A stretch of 64,000 nucleotides of DNA from contig CAVTET010000001.1 of the NCBI GenBank assembly GCA_963733675.1, forward strand, positions 928,001 through 992,000, read 5' to 3'. The first letter of the stretch is position 1. The number at the start of each line of letters is the position of its first letter. Of the stretch, positions 22,561-33,384 are shown piece by piece. The notes below the pieces were generated by a model. It searched no databases. It had not been told where the DNA came from and saw only the letters and a list, made by a program, of their open reading frames with translations. Origin of the DNA: an uncultured Methanosarcinaceae archaeon (GTDB lineage Archaea; Halobacteriota; Methanosarcinia; Methanosarcinales; Methanosarcinaceae). The translations under genes and the position numbers were made by a program.

Positions 22561-24274
22561 ATGAATGACATGTTTGATAGTTACTCTAAATTCTCTATTA
22601 ATACAGCAAAGATCTTTCCCCATACTATGCAATGTTTTTTTTAGAGTAATAATCTTCCTAAAACAATTGAATACAGGGTACAATTCGTCATCTATGGACA
22701 GTTTGATTGTGATAAATTTTAGGTTCAAAATGGAGTATATCATCATAGCAGTAAAACTATATTCTGGATTTGGGAAAACAATGATCTAATGAATGAAAGA
22801 AGAGTCGAAAAAGGATCCGTTCAACTGGATATAGGCATAATTCTATCAAGCGAGGAGGAAACTCCGGTCATGATAGAAATCAATTCCACTGTCTTTTTTC
22901 TTTGTTCGGCATCGATTTGTCCCCTATGTTGGATCATCGTATAATCCTTTTGAGAGACTATATGGTCAAATTTCGGTATTTGTTTGCTCATAGGGTACAA
23001 CGGTCTCCTGGCTGCAAAATTAGGTATCCATTTAAGAAGAACATTTGATTTAGCTATACTAATTCCTATAGTTCCTATTTATGGCGCTACTGGAGAGAGC
23101 GTTTTAGCTATATTGCCTGTTTCAGAAGGAACAACAGCTGCGGCAACTATCCCATTTATATTAGTACTAGCAGCTTTTGCATACCAAGAAGAGATTTAAG
23201 AATTACGTAGGCGGGGGAAAAAACTTTAATGAAATTGAGGTCTATATGTCAGGAAAACTATCTCCACCACCAAATATAATGCAACATTGTTATATTTGAT
23301 ATGCGTATATTAGTTTGATTATGAGTTTGGATATGTTTACTATAAATGATATTGCTAATGCAACTATTAGTTCCTGCTACAAAAACGAGTAGATTAGACT
23401 TCAATATTTATTATTTGTTAGAAATACTTTAGAGATCCTTTTATTATTTTATGGTATTTATATTCGATTTTCTTATTTTAACTCTAAATCGTACGAAACA
23501 ATAAAATTTTAATTTCATTTGTATTCGGTTAAGATACCATCTATAAGAAGTGTGTTATTCCTGCTGTTTTTTCTGAAAATCTATAAATGCAAATCAAGAC
23601 AAATAGATTATTGCAGTAGTCATTTTAGCGTTAAAAATATTTCTTAACCAAATACAAATGGGGGTGACATGACGGAGACAGAGGAAAAAGATCGCTGTGA
23701 AAGAAAAGAGAAGATAAAAGACTCGCTGGAATCACTGCTTGAAGAAAAATTCCGAAATCAGGTTCGTTCGGATTATCGGCGCAGTTTGGGTAACGAATAT
23801 CGCAGAAGATATATGGAATGATGCTATGATACTTGCTTTTTATCTTTTTCGTTCTCTTTTTCATTTTATCTCAGCTAACTTTACCTACATTTTTTTGTAA
23901 TTATTCATTTTTGGGGAAACAAAATCATTAGCCATCTTATTTGAAATTTAATCGGGAAAGAAATATAGCTCTTTGAGCTCGATTGATATATATTCAAAAT
24001 ATCTTCAAAAAAAATAAAATATTTTAGTTGAGAATAATGCATAATCTCTACTTTAGGAGTCTACAATATTAAATTCTCTAGACATAATTACAAAAAATAG
24101 AATTAAGATGTATAGACGAAGTTTTTTTCTTGTAAACTAGTGAGGGGAAATTGTAAAAGAATAAGAATATTCATTTGGAACTACAGAAAATCGGAACTAC
24201 TGATCTTGGATAAAAAGTTATATAGGTATAAGTCATAAAAGCTTAAGGGTTGTTTATTTATCCCGGGTGCTTTC

Positions 24275-25447
24275 ATGAAATATATTTACCAGGACTCTAC
24301 GGAACTGCCTGTACAGCGGGATTTCATTGAGGATCTGAAAACATTTTTAGATATTACTTCTAGGGTAATTCCTCTGGAGAATTCCATAATAGAAATTAAG
24401 TGCAAAAATAAAGAAGCTATCTATGAATTGAAAAGCAGAATACATGGAATTAATAATTTTGAAGAGAAACTCAACTTATTGATTAAGGGATTAGTGAACG
24501 AAGTAGATATTGATGACGTTGTACCCTGCGCCAATGCAATACTCCAAACCTGCAGTGAGAATCTCGGGGAAAAAAGGGAAGTACTCGAAGCAGAGTGCAG
24601 AAAAATAGAAAATGGAACTGCTCATGAATATAGGAAATTTGAAAGCAGAATCCTGGAGGTTCTTAACAGATTTCTAATCTCAGGAATCTACGGAGCTGAG
24701 AAAAGGTTTGAGCTTTCTAGCGGTGTAAATGGTGTTTCAGGGAAAATGGAAGGTTCTGTCTCAGGTCTTCAGTACTGCTATACACTTGGATTCTCAGAAG
24801 AGTCAATGACAGTAGATAAACTCATTGGAAATTTGAGCCTACCAAGTTGGACACGTGCAGGTATCCTACGAAAAGAAGAAAAAATAAAAATGCAAGATCT
24901 TTCCGAGTTTCTTGTAAGTTTCCTGGAATACGACAGCCAGAAAAACATTCGCCTAATCCTTGAAAATAAAAAGGCAAATCGAAAATTCAGGATAGAGGGT
25001 AGCGAGTTAAAATATTTTGTATATGATGCTGATAAAGAAATTACCGCCGACAAAGAACTAGGGGTCTTTGTTGACATGAAAAATTTAGCAAAAATCCCGG
25101 AAAAAGTCCAGGCTTATCTCAGGACAAATATCCGCACTTATATTCTTTCAAAAGTTTTGCTTGATGAAGAGGATGCTGTCTCAACCAATCAGATATTTGA
25201 CTGTCTGAAAGTAATTGCTGAGCAATATGGTGTAATCTCCCAGGAATGTCTAGCAAAAGGACACAATAAGGAAGAGATAACCATCAAATTGGAAGAAATT
25301 GATGGGAAAAGGTCAGAAAAGTATCTCTCTAGGGAAGAGATTTACGCCAAACTCGCAGAGGTCGGAAGTGAAGGTATAGAGATTGCCGGAATACTTGGGG
25401 TAGATAGCAGAACTCAAATAAAAGATAGAAAATACCTGATTGTCTAA
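24275..25447 (+). CDS. hypothetical protein (390 aa, N-terminal coiled-coil-like)
   Basis: Long uninterrupted ORF with TATA-like box ~50 bp upstream; no motif recognised. Confidence 0.8.
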   Translation: MKYIYQDSTELPVQRDFIEDLKTFLDITSRVIPLENSIIEIKCKNKEAIYELKSRIHGINNFEEKLNLLIKGLVNEVDIDDVVPCANAILQTCSENLGEKREVLEAECRKIENGTAHEYRKFESRILEVLNRFLISGIYGAEKRFELSSGVNGVSGKMEGSVSGLQYCYTLGFSEESMTVDKLIGNLSLPSWTRAGILRKEEKIKMQDLSEFLVSFLEYDSQKNIRLILENKKANRKFRIEGSELKYFVYDADKEITADKELGVFVDMKNLAKIPEKVQAYLRTNIRTYILSKVLLDEEDAVSTNQIFDCLKVIAEQYGVISQECLAKGHNKEEITIKLEEIDGKRSEKYLSREEIYAKLAEVGSEGIEIAGILGVDSRTQIKDRKYLIV

Positions 25448-25519
25448 TATTTACTTTGCTTTTGATCATTCACTAAGGGGGAATTACCTATTATAAGCGG
25501 CTTTTTTATAGGCCAAGGC

Positions 25520-27068
25520 GTAAAATCCCTTTCAGCCCAGTGGATATAAGCTTCAACTTCAGCGTTGGCTCAGTATGAAATTCTTGGCTGCTTCTTTGCT
25601 AACCTTGGCGATAAAGATGCAAACTATTCATTATTCCAAAGTGTATTTTTTTTTTTTTAATAGTATTATTTCGAATACTCTTTTTGAGTTTTTCCATAGT
25701 CTAATTGTTGTCTCTTGTTCCAGTTTTCGAATGATCGCAAGAGTGCTGACTGTTAGCTTGATTTTAACGAGTAGATGGATATGGCCTTTGCCCGTTTCCA
25801 TTTCTAGTATTTAAAATTTGCTTCCTTTTCAATGTCATGAATTATCTGTTCGAGTTCTTAGTTAATGGTTCAGTATCTTTTTTCGATACTTGCACACAAA
25901 GATAATGTGATACATTAACAAAAATTTGCTGTGGCTCCTATGTTCATATATAAAAGCATTTAAGTTTAGGCTATATCCAACAATTGCACAATCTAACCAA
26001 CTTAATTAAAATATTGGTACTCATAGGTTTGTCTATAGATGGGTGTGTGATCAGAGAGTTAAAAACATATACGCAAATCGGAATATCAATTTCTAATTTT
26101 GGCTTAAATAAACTAACCCCAAATCTAAAAAAGCAAACTCCGTGGTTAGAAGATGTCGATTCCCAATCACGTCAGGGTATGTATAAACAGGTAGAATCTG
26201 TACTCAATAGATTTTTTCGAGAAAAGGATGGTTTTCCTAAATTCAAATCAAAGAAAAATCCAATTCAATCATTCCAGATACCACAACACTACAATGTGGG
26301 TTTTGAAAACAATACTTTAAGCTCCCTAAGATAGGAGAAATCACAGCAGTTCTTCACAAAGCATTCGAAGGGGAATTAAAAACCGCTACTATTTCGAAGT
26401 CTTGTATAGGAAAGTACTATATCAGTATTTTAGTAGAAGCTAGAAAAGAACTTCCAGTTAAACAAATGTTTTCTGAATCTACTACTATTGGTGTAGAAGT
26501 TGTGATAAAAGATTTTGCTGTTATGTCAACTGGAGAAAAGATTGAAATTCTAAGTACTTGCAAAACTCTTTGAGGAGACTTAGAGTACTCCAAAAAAGGG
26601 TTAGTCGAAAACAGAAAGATTCTAAAAACAGAGAAAAAGCCAAACACAAACTTGCTATACTTCATGAGAAAATTAAAAATATGAGAAATGATTTTCAACA
26701 CAAACCCTCTTTTAAATTTGTTAGTGAGAACCAAGAAATAGCTGTTGAAACTCTGAATGTTAAAGGCATTATTATGAATCACCATCTACAAAGGCTATAG
26801 GTGATTCTGCGTGGAGTAGTTTTGTAACAAAATTAGAACATAAATCAGAATGGTCAGGAAGAGAGACAACGGAAATGTCCTGATTATAAGACAAAATACG
26901 ATATAGACATTAATGCCGCAATTAAAATCAAAATTTTATCTCTCATTGATCAAAATCTAATTGGAATCTGACAGCCATGGAATATGGGGGATGGGCTTTT
27001 GGACTTGTTCTCAAAAAAGAAGGAATAAACCAAGAAGTCACTTCGTCTTCAGCTGGGTGGTAGTTCCC
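25520..27068 (+). mobile_element. tnpB: degraded IS605-type element: tnpA pseudogene (-, ~25600-25945) divergent from tnpB pseudogene (+, ~25950-26990)
   Basis: tnpA YHIIFVCKYRKK; tnpB KAFKFRLYP, FPKFKSKK, IAVETLNVKG and DINAAI fragments; right-end hairpin ending GTAGTTCCC; left boundary approximate. Confidence 0.85.
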
Positions 27069-27940
27069 AGGTTCATTCTACTTTTTGCATGGGAAGCTAT
27101 GAATTCTCTCATAACTTTTGCTCCCAGCATTGCAGTTTGCCCGGAATCATATTCAGGAGCAATTTCTACAATATCAAAACCCATTGTAAAAGGAGCAAGA
27201 GTTCTTACTGCAGTTCTGATATCTCGGGCATTCATTCCGAAAGGTTCTGGGGTACCCAGACCGGGTGCGTAAGCCGGATCTATGGCATCCATATCAAGGG
27301 ATAAATATAACTGTTTGCAGTCAAGCCATTCAATAGCTTGTTTGAGTACTTCTACCATACCTATGTATTCTACATCATCGGCTGTATAATACTCCAGGTT
27401 ATTTTCCCTTGCAAAAACCCATTCTTCTTCCGGACCGCTTCTGATTCCGATAAAGACTACATTTTCCGTAATCTGGTTAAGAATATTTCTAGACACGCAT
27501 GCATGATTATGTTTGAATCCCCTGTAATCTTCTCTCAGGTCGAAATGGGCATCCAGAATAAGGACTCCGAAATTCCCTCCTGCGAATTCGGAACATGCCT
27601 TTACCATAGCGAAGGTAAGGGAATGCTCCCCTCCAAGCATAATGGGAAGTTTTCCATCTCTCAGGATGTTCTTTGTGGCTTCGTAAAGGTTTTGCAAAGT
27701 CTCATTAACTGAGGCTGAAGTTTCCAGGTTTCCTGCATCATAAATAGGAAGGTTCACAAGATCGATGTCGAAAGTTGGGTTATAGCTCTCGAAATTTGCA
27801 GAGACCTGTCGTATGGCGTCCGGAGCCCAGCGGCTGCCTGCCCGAAAGGAGGAGGTATTATCAAAAGGCACGCCGAAGACAACATAATATGCAGATTTAT
27901 AGTCTGCAAGAGCATCTACAAAAGAATTAGGTAAAAACAT
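27038..27940 (-). CDS. speB: agmatinase
   Basis: GGEHS, DAHFD and SLDMDAIDPAYAPGLGTPEP ureohydrolase motifs. Confidence 0.93.
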   Translation of the reverse strand: MFLPNSFVDALADYKSAYYVVFGVPFDNTSSFRAGSRWAPDAIRQVSANFESYNPTFDIDLVNLPIYDAGNLETSASVNETLQNLYEATKNILRDGKLPIMLGGEHSLTFAMVKACSEFAGGNFGVLILDAHFDLREDYRGFKHNHACVSRNILNQITENVVFIGIRSGPEEEWVFARENNLEYYTADDVEYIGMVEVLKQAIEWLDCKQLYLSLDMDAIDPAYAPGLGTPEPFGMNARDIRTAVRTLAPFTMGFDIVEIAPEYDSGQTAMLGAKVMREFIASHAKSRMNLGTTTQLKTK

Positions 27941-28018
27941 ACTATAACCTGATATGAATTGATTTGCTTAAAAAATTAGCTCAGGATATTAACCTGAGTT
28001 TTCACCTGATTCAAAAAT

Positions 28019-28405
28019 TTATGTTCGTATATCAAGTTTGATCTTTCCAAGAGCCGTAATATATGAAATCTCTTCGCTCTCTTTGACTTTGTCCTTGTAC
28101 TCATCAGGAATTATAATTTCAAAAGTTGAAAAATCTCCCATGTCCATAAGCTGGGCGATGTTACTGGTAATTGAGATAATCTGCGCACTCTTTCTTTCCA
28201 CAATGGGTATGTAAATTTTGGTTGAAACTGAACCTATATAGGATCGCTTCTGGCCGTCAAAGAGACCAATAGCTTCGATCCTAGCCTTTGCAGATCCATG
28301 TTTCCCGGGTTTGGACTTCGTAATGCTCTTTATGATACAAGCTTCGTCGTCGATTATTGCATATTTCCCTTCTTTAAGTTCCTTTACTTCTACCTGCTGT
28401 TTCAT
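28019..28405 (-). CDS. eif5A: translation factor aIF5A
   Basis: SKPGKHGSAK hypusine motif; start MKQQVEV. Confidence 0.96.
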   Translation of the reverse strand: MKQQVEVKELKEGKYAIIDDEACIIKSITKSKPGKHGSAKARIEAIGLFDGQKRSYIGSVSTKIYIPIVERKSAQIISITSNIAQLMDMGDFSTFEIIIPDEYKDKVKESEEISYITALGKIKLDIRT

Positions 28406-28930
28406 AACGATTCTCCCATACATCTAGTATGTTTGTTATAAGGCTCCATAAATATCTGTAAACGTCATACTGGATTTGCTGGAAAACTTTTCCAGAATTT
28501 AGTCCTATGAAATAGTACAAGAAGGCTTTTCTAATTTTTAAGCCTGTCTCTTTTTCATCTTATAATGTGCTAACTTCTCGGAGAGGTAAACTGAATTTGT
28601 TCTTGACTTGGGTGCCTGTAGAATTAATCTGCAGGTAGACAAGTAATACGGTTAATTATCCTTCCCTATATAACGCTTGTGCGAAATTTTGCTTTTTTAG
28701 ACCAACTTCAAGAAGAAAACAACAAAAGTGTTATGAAAATATTTCAATATTTTTAATTTATCTGGATCTCCAAAATTTATTATTCCCAGATTTTGTATTA
28801 TTTAATGAGTTTTTGATTGATTTCAGCCAATTTCCAGTGAAATTAATAATAAATTTTTATGATACTAGGAGGTATCGAAAAGTATCCTTTTTCTAAATTA
28901 CCAAGTGTTATTTTTTACTGTGAAGACTAA

Positions 28931-29020
28931 GAGGATTTCGATAAACCTCTAAATTTAGTCATATGCTTATAAATTGCATATAAATTATTCGTGAAAAATA
29001 AGAGATTTATTGAAATCCTC
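28931..29020. mobile_element. IS5-related 90-bp MITE (best-preserved copy)
   Basis: TIRs GAGGATTTCGATAAACCTC / GAGATTTATTGAAATCCTC (17/19 inverted match). Confidence 0.85.
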
Positions 29021-29103
29021 TATAGCCAAAATCCTGTAATCTGAATCCTAAGGACGGAATAACCGGAACAGCTTTAAAGTTTATATATTAATTACATCTC
29101 CTC

Positions 29104-29613
29104 ATGAATTGCGATATAAAAAGACTTACAAAGATTCGTATGATAGCTGATTACCAGTTTGGGAGGAATGTTGGGAAAGAACTTTTTCCTGATGGTGTGA
29201 CATTTCAGTTATCTCGAACTAAAAGAGTACGTCAGGTCTTCTACTCGGGAAACCGTATAGCTACGGCAAGAGCAAGAGATGGTTTCTTGACTCTAAGTAT
29301 TGAAGGAGCTTCCGTTGTCCATAGGCTTTTGCCCGGAAAAAAACTCAGGGTCGTTATTTTGGAAGAAGCTGTTCCTTTTGTGGAAAGAGGAAAAACCGCT
29401 TTTATAAAACATGTGGTTGAAATTGATCCGGAACTCCGGGCCGGAGAAGAAGTCCTTTTGACAGATCAAGCCGACAGACTCCTCGCAACAGGTCAACTAC
29501 TCCTTTCCCCTATAGAGATCTTGGCTCTTGACAGCGGGCCAGCTGTGGATGTAAGGGTAGGAGTTGCTTCGGAAAAGTCATCAAGCTTCAGAAAACAAAG
29601 AGAAGTTCGATAA
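29104..29613 (+). CDS. TGT_C2 + PUA domain protein (probable C-terminal subunit of split archaeosine tRNA-guanine transglycosylase)
   Basis: IADYQFG, DGFLTLSIEG and PUA motif GKTAFIKHV..LRAGEEV..LLATG. Confidence 0.8.
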   Translation: MNCDIKRLTKIRMIADYQFGRNVGKELFPDGVTFQLSRTKRVRQVFYSGNRIATARARDGFLTLSIEGASVVHRLLPGKKLRVVILEEAVPFVERGKTAFIKHVVEIDPELRAGEEVLLTDQADRLLATGQLLLSPIEILALDSGPAVDVRVGVASEKSSSFRKQREVR

Positions 29614-29689
29614 ATTTCTTATTTTTCATAAGTAATTTATATGCAATTTATAAGCATGTGATGAAATTTAAGGATTTATCAAAATTACC
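29600..29689. mobile_element. IS5-related 90-bp MITE, inverted relative to the 28931 copy
   Basis: Aligns end to end with the reverse complement of 28931-29020; overlaps the stop codon at 29611-29613. Confidence 0.85.
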
Positions 29690-30186
29690 CCAATTCTGAA
29701 GAAGTATTGGGTGTATGATAACAAGAATAATTCTGAGTTTAGCATGAAAGCCCTTTTCAACCTGCAAATACTTTCATTTATTTATGCATGTACTTCGAAG
29801 AATTTCATGTTAGTTTTCATGCTGAAAATAAATGTTTTTTAATTTTTGGATCACATATAGTTGATAAACATTATTCTTATTATTTGAATTTTCTTAAGTA
29901 AACGGAAAAAATGAATAAGAATATATTGTAGACGGTTATTTTTGATAAATATCATCAAAAAAGCAGGTCATGTCTTAGAGTTATTGATCAAATTTGAAAA
30001 ATGAGCATCTTCTAATTTATGGTTAAATGTGGAAAGAGTTTTGGTTTTACTGTTTTCAATAACTCATTGACACGACCAAAAAGTAGATAAAGGACATTTC
30101 AAAAGACAATCACGAAATCATATTCTTCTATTCATATATCCGAAAGTCAGGTATATAAGTGAATCATATAATAGTTCCCTCGGAGA

Positions 30187-31332
30187 GTGAAAAACATTTC
30201 AGAGCCAGATCAGATTCTAAAAAACCTCTTGGTTCCAGATAACACCAGAATCGAAGCAAATAGGATTATGGTTGATGGGGATGTTATTGTTGGCAATCAC
30301 TCTAGCATTAGATATGGCATACTCGGGGATATGGTCATACTAGGAGAAGGAGTTAACGTTTATGGGGATATACTGGCAGGTTCCGATGTCAGAGTTGACA
30401 TGTGGTCTAAACTTGGGAGCAGTGTAGAGGTCGGCAAAAACGCCTATCTGGGAGAATTTGTAAACATTGACGGAAAACTGGTAGTAGAAGGGGATCTAGA
30501 CGTAGGAAAAGAAGTTAAAATCAGAGGGGGATTCGAGGTCAAAGGATGGATCATGGTAAGAAATCCTGTTCCTGTCATTATTTTTATATTTCTTTACATA
30601 AGAGAAATGATGCACTTAGGAAAAGATGAGGAAATAGAGAAAGCCATAGAAGAACTATTTGAAGATTCAGAAGATTTTCAGGGTATTGAAGGAAAAGAGC
30701 TTAGTGAAAAGATATTGATCATCCCTGCTGGCGCAAAAATTTCTCCCGAAGAAATTGAAGTCACTGGAGAAGTTGTTATCGGGAGTAACTGCCTTTTAAT
30801 AGGAGATATCAGGGCACATGCAGTCGAGGCAGGAAAAAATTTGACTCTGAAGGGAAGCATTTATTCAGAGGGAAATATCAGTATAGGAGAAAGCAGCACT
30901 GTTTATGGGAACCTCTCTTCAAAGGGCCAGGTAAATATTGGCCAAAACAGTAGGGTCTTCGGGGGTATAAAAGCCGAATCTGTATTACTGCACGGAAATG
31001 CAATTGTAGATGGTACAATAAAGGCACCTTCAGGAGTATCTTTCTTGCGAGAAGCTGCAGAAAGACCCCAAGTTCTTGCAGAAATTAATGTTTTAGGAAA
31101 AGAGATTAAAAATGATATAATTGCGCAGAGCAGAGTCCAATCTCAAAGTGAGTTCTTAAAAACTCTGGAATTAATCGAGATAAGCTCCATCATTAAAAAA
31201 AGTGCAAGAGGCAAAAAAACATTTGTCCCTGGCAGGAAAGAAACGTCTGCCAAAATTCAGGTGTTAGGGAGGACTCGGCGTATTGGAGGAGTAAGAAGAT
31301 TTAGAAGAAAGCATGAAGACAGAAAACCTTAG
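30187..31332 (+). CDS. beta-helix / polymer-forming cytoskeletal (bactofilin-like) protein
   Basis: Two blocks of V/I-x-G-D/N-V/I repeats separated by an acidic linker; basic C-terminal tail. Confidence 0.72.
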   Translation: MKNISEPDQILKNLLVPDNTRIEANRIMVDGDVIVGNHSSIRYGILGDMVILGEGVNVYGDILAGSDVRVDMWSKLGSSVEVGKNAYLGEFVNIDGKLVVEGDLDVGKEVKIRGGFEVKGWIMVRNPVPVIIFIFLYIREMMHLGKDEEIEKAIEELFEDSEDFQGIEGKELSEKILIIPAGAKISPEEIEVTGEVVIGSNCLLIGDIRAHAVEAGKNLTLKGSIYSEGNISIGESSTVYGNLSSKGQVNIGQNSRVFGGIKAESVLLHGNAIVDGTIKAPSGVSFLREAAERPQVLAEINVLGKEIKNDIIAQSRVQSQSEFLKTLELIEISSIIKKSARGKKTFVPGRKETSAKIQVLGRTRRIGGVRRFRRKHEDRKP

Positions 31333-31989
31333 AATTGATCTAATTCGAATTTAATCAGACCTGTATAAGTCGGGTTTTTCCTACTTTTTCCTACTATGAG
31401 TGCTCTAGTATCATGGCAATTTAATTATAGAACATAATATTTGGATAGCTTCTAATAACCAGAAGAGTGTCCAGAGCTTATTTAGATAAAAGATTATTGA
31501 ATGTTGCGATACTAAAGTGGCTTACTCCCTGAAATTTTCGATTCTGCCAGTGGCCTTTCTACAAATCAGTATTTATTTTCATGCTAGAAATTCCCTCTCT
31601 CATTAAACGAAAGTATAATAGGAGATTTTTTTTCCCCAGAGGAAACAGTAACATTTTTAGGAAGCAGGGAATTATGTGAGCTTCAGTGAAGGTAAAATTT
31701 AAACTAGCAACCTGCGGGATCTCAGCTACAGTTTTTCAGAACCACTCAATAATGCTTTAAACCTAGTATTCCATTCAAGTCCATAGTTTAAGCTATGGAT
31801 TATAATATAAGCTCTTGATATATATCTTTGAGTTCATCAATTAAACTTCAATATCTAAATTATAGAGACTTTTTGATTATTTTGGGCTCTCCAAAATTTA
31901 CCATTAATTCCACTAGCATTGACTTCAATCAGTTAAAAACTCAGAAAATGATAAAAACTTAAATTTTGAGAATTGGACTTTAATTTAGG

Positions 31990-32177
31990 GAGAATTTCGA
32001 TAGACACCCATCTTGGCTGATCGGTTACAATGTTTATATATGCAATTTATTAAAATTTGAAGTTTATAGAAATTCCTTATAAATTCAGGAGTATTTCGAC
32101 AAACCTCTGATTTTTATGAGCTATTGATCTATCATTTATAAGCATAGGCCATAATTTAGATCTTTTATCTTTACAAA
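31990..32177. mobile_element. two adjacent IS5-related MITEs (31990-32078 and 32089-~32177)
   Basis: GAGAATTTCGATAGACACC..GAAGTTTATAGAAATTCC, then GAGTATTTCGACAAACCTC..TTTATAAGCATAGG; right end of the second copy is eroded. Confidence 0.7.
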
Positions 32178-32196
32178 TATCAGGAAAGGAGTTCAC

Positions 32197-33384
32197 TTGA
32201 CAGAGGATATTACGGGCCCTGAGGATCTACAGGCAATGTGTAATTTAGTTATGGAAAAAGATTCTAAATACGTGATGCAAACTTATGGGCGCCAGCCCCT
32301 TGTACTATCAAAAGGGAGGGGGGCGCTTGTCCAAGACATTAATGGACAGGAGTATATTGACTGTGTTGCAGGAATTGCAGTAAACAATGTTGGACATTGC
32401 CATCCAAGGGTTGTCAGGGCAATACAGGCTCAGGCTGAGAAACTGATTCATGTCTCTAACCTTTATTATACAGAAATCCAGGCTGAACTTGCTGAAGCTC
32501 TGGTTTCGGTTACAGGTATGGAGCGTGTTTTTTTCTGTAATTCAGGAGCTGAAGCTATGGAGGGCGCAATGAAATTGGCCCGCCTAGTTTCTGGGAAAAG
32601 CGCTTTTGTAGCGGCTGAACATTCTTTTCACGGCAGAACAATTGGGTCACTCAGCGTAACTCACAAGAATATTTACAGGGATCCATTCATGCCTCCTGTC
32701 AGTTCTGATACTATCTTTGTTCCATATTCAGATATCAATGCCATCAGGCAGGCGATCTCTGAAAATACTGCAGCAGTTATCCTTGAGCCTATCCAGGGGG
32801 AAGGAGGAGTAAATATACCGAAGCCAGAATACCTCAAGTATGTGAGGGAAATATGTGATGAAACTGGAACTCTTCTTATATTTGACGAAGTGCAGACAGG
32901 TTTTGGCAGGACAGGCACTTGGTTTTGTAAAGAGCAATTCGGAGTTGAGCCTGACATCATGAGTCTGGCAAAAGCAATCGGAGGAGGCTTTCCAATGGGT
33001 GCCATCACTACCAGGGGAGATATTGGTTTCGGCCTCGGACAGCATGCTTCTACCTTTGGAGGGTGTCCTCTCGCCTGTGCAGCAGCCCTTGCTTCTATTG
33101 AAGCAATTAAGGAAGACGAACTCGTTAAGCGCTCGAAGGAAAACGGGACCTATTTTATGGAAAAACTGAGGGGCATGGAAAGGGAAGATGTTGTGGAGGT
33201 ACGTGGGAAGGGACTCATGATAGGAATCGAGATAAAGTATCCCTGCAGCAAATTTGTAGATTTTGCAAGGGAGAACGGCGTACTCTTAAATTGTATATCA
33301 GACTCAGTGCTCCGTCTGGTTCCTCCGCTAGTAATTACTAAAGAGCAGATTGATACGGTAGTTGATGTACTTGAGCAGGCCTGA
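32197..33384 (+). CDS. argD: acetylornithine aminotransferase
   Basis: [41 protein letters not shown] and HASTFGG motifs. Confidence 0.93.
   Translation: MTEDITGPEDLQAMCNLVMEKDSKYVMQTYGRQPLVLSKGRGALVQDINGQEYIDCVAGIAVNNVGHCHPRVVRAIQAQAEKLIHVSNLYYTEIQAELAEALVSVTGMERVFFCNSGAEAMEGAMKLARLVSGKSAFVAAEHSFHGRTIGSLSVTHKNIYRDPFMPPVSSDTIFVPYSDINAIRQAISENTAAVILEPIQGEGGVNIPKPEYLKYVREICDETGTLLIFDEVQTGFGRTGTWFCKEQFGVEPDIMSLAKAIGGGFPMGAITTRGDIGFGLGQHASTFGGCPLACAAALASIEAIKEDELVKRSKENGTYFMEKLRGMEREDVVEVRGKGLMIGIEIKYPCSKFVDFARENGVLLNCISDSVLRLVPPLVITKEQIDTVVDVLEQA

Noticed and set aside
22790-23864. Hydrophobic ORF fragments (22984-23199, 23631-23864); also 21336-21530 outside this span
   Set aside because: Possibly gene remnants, but no family is recognisable.
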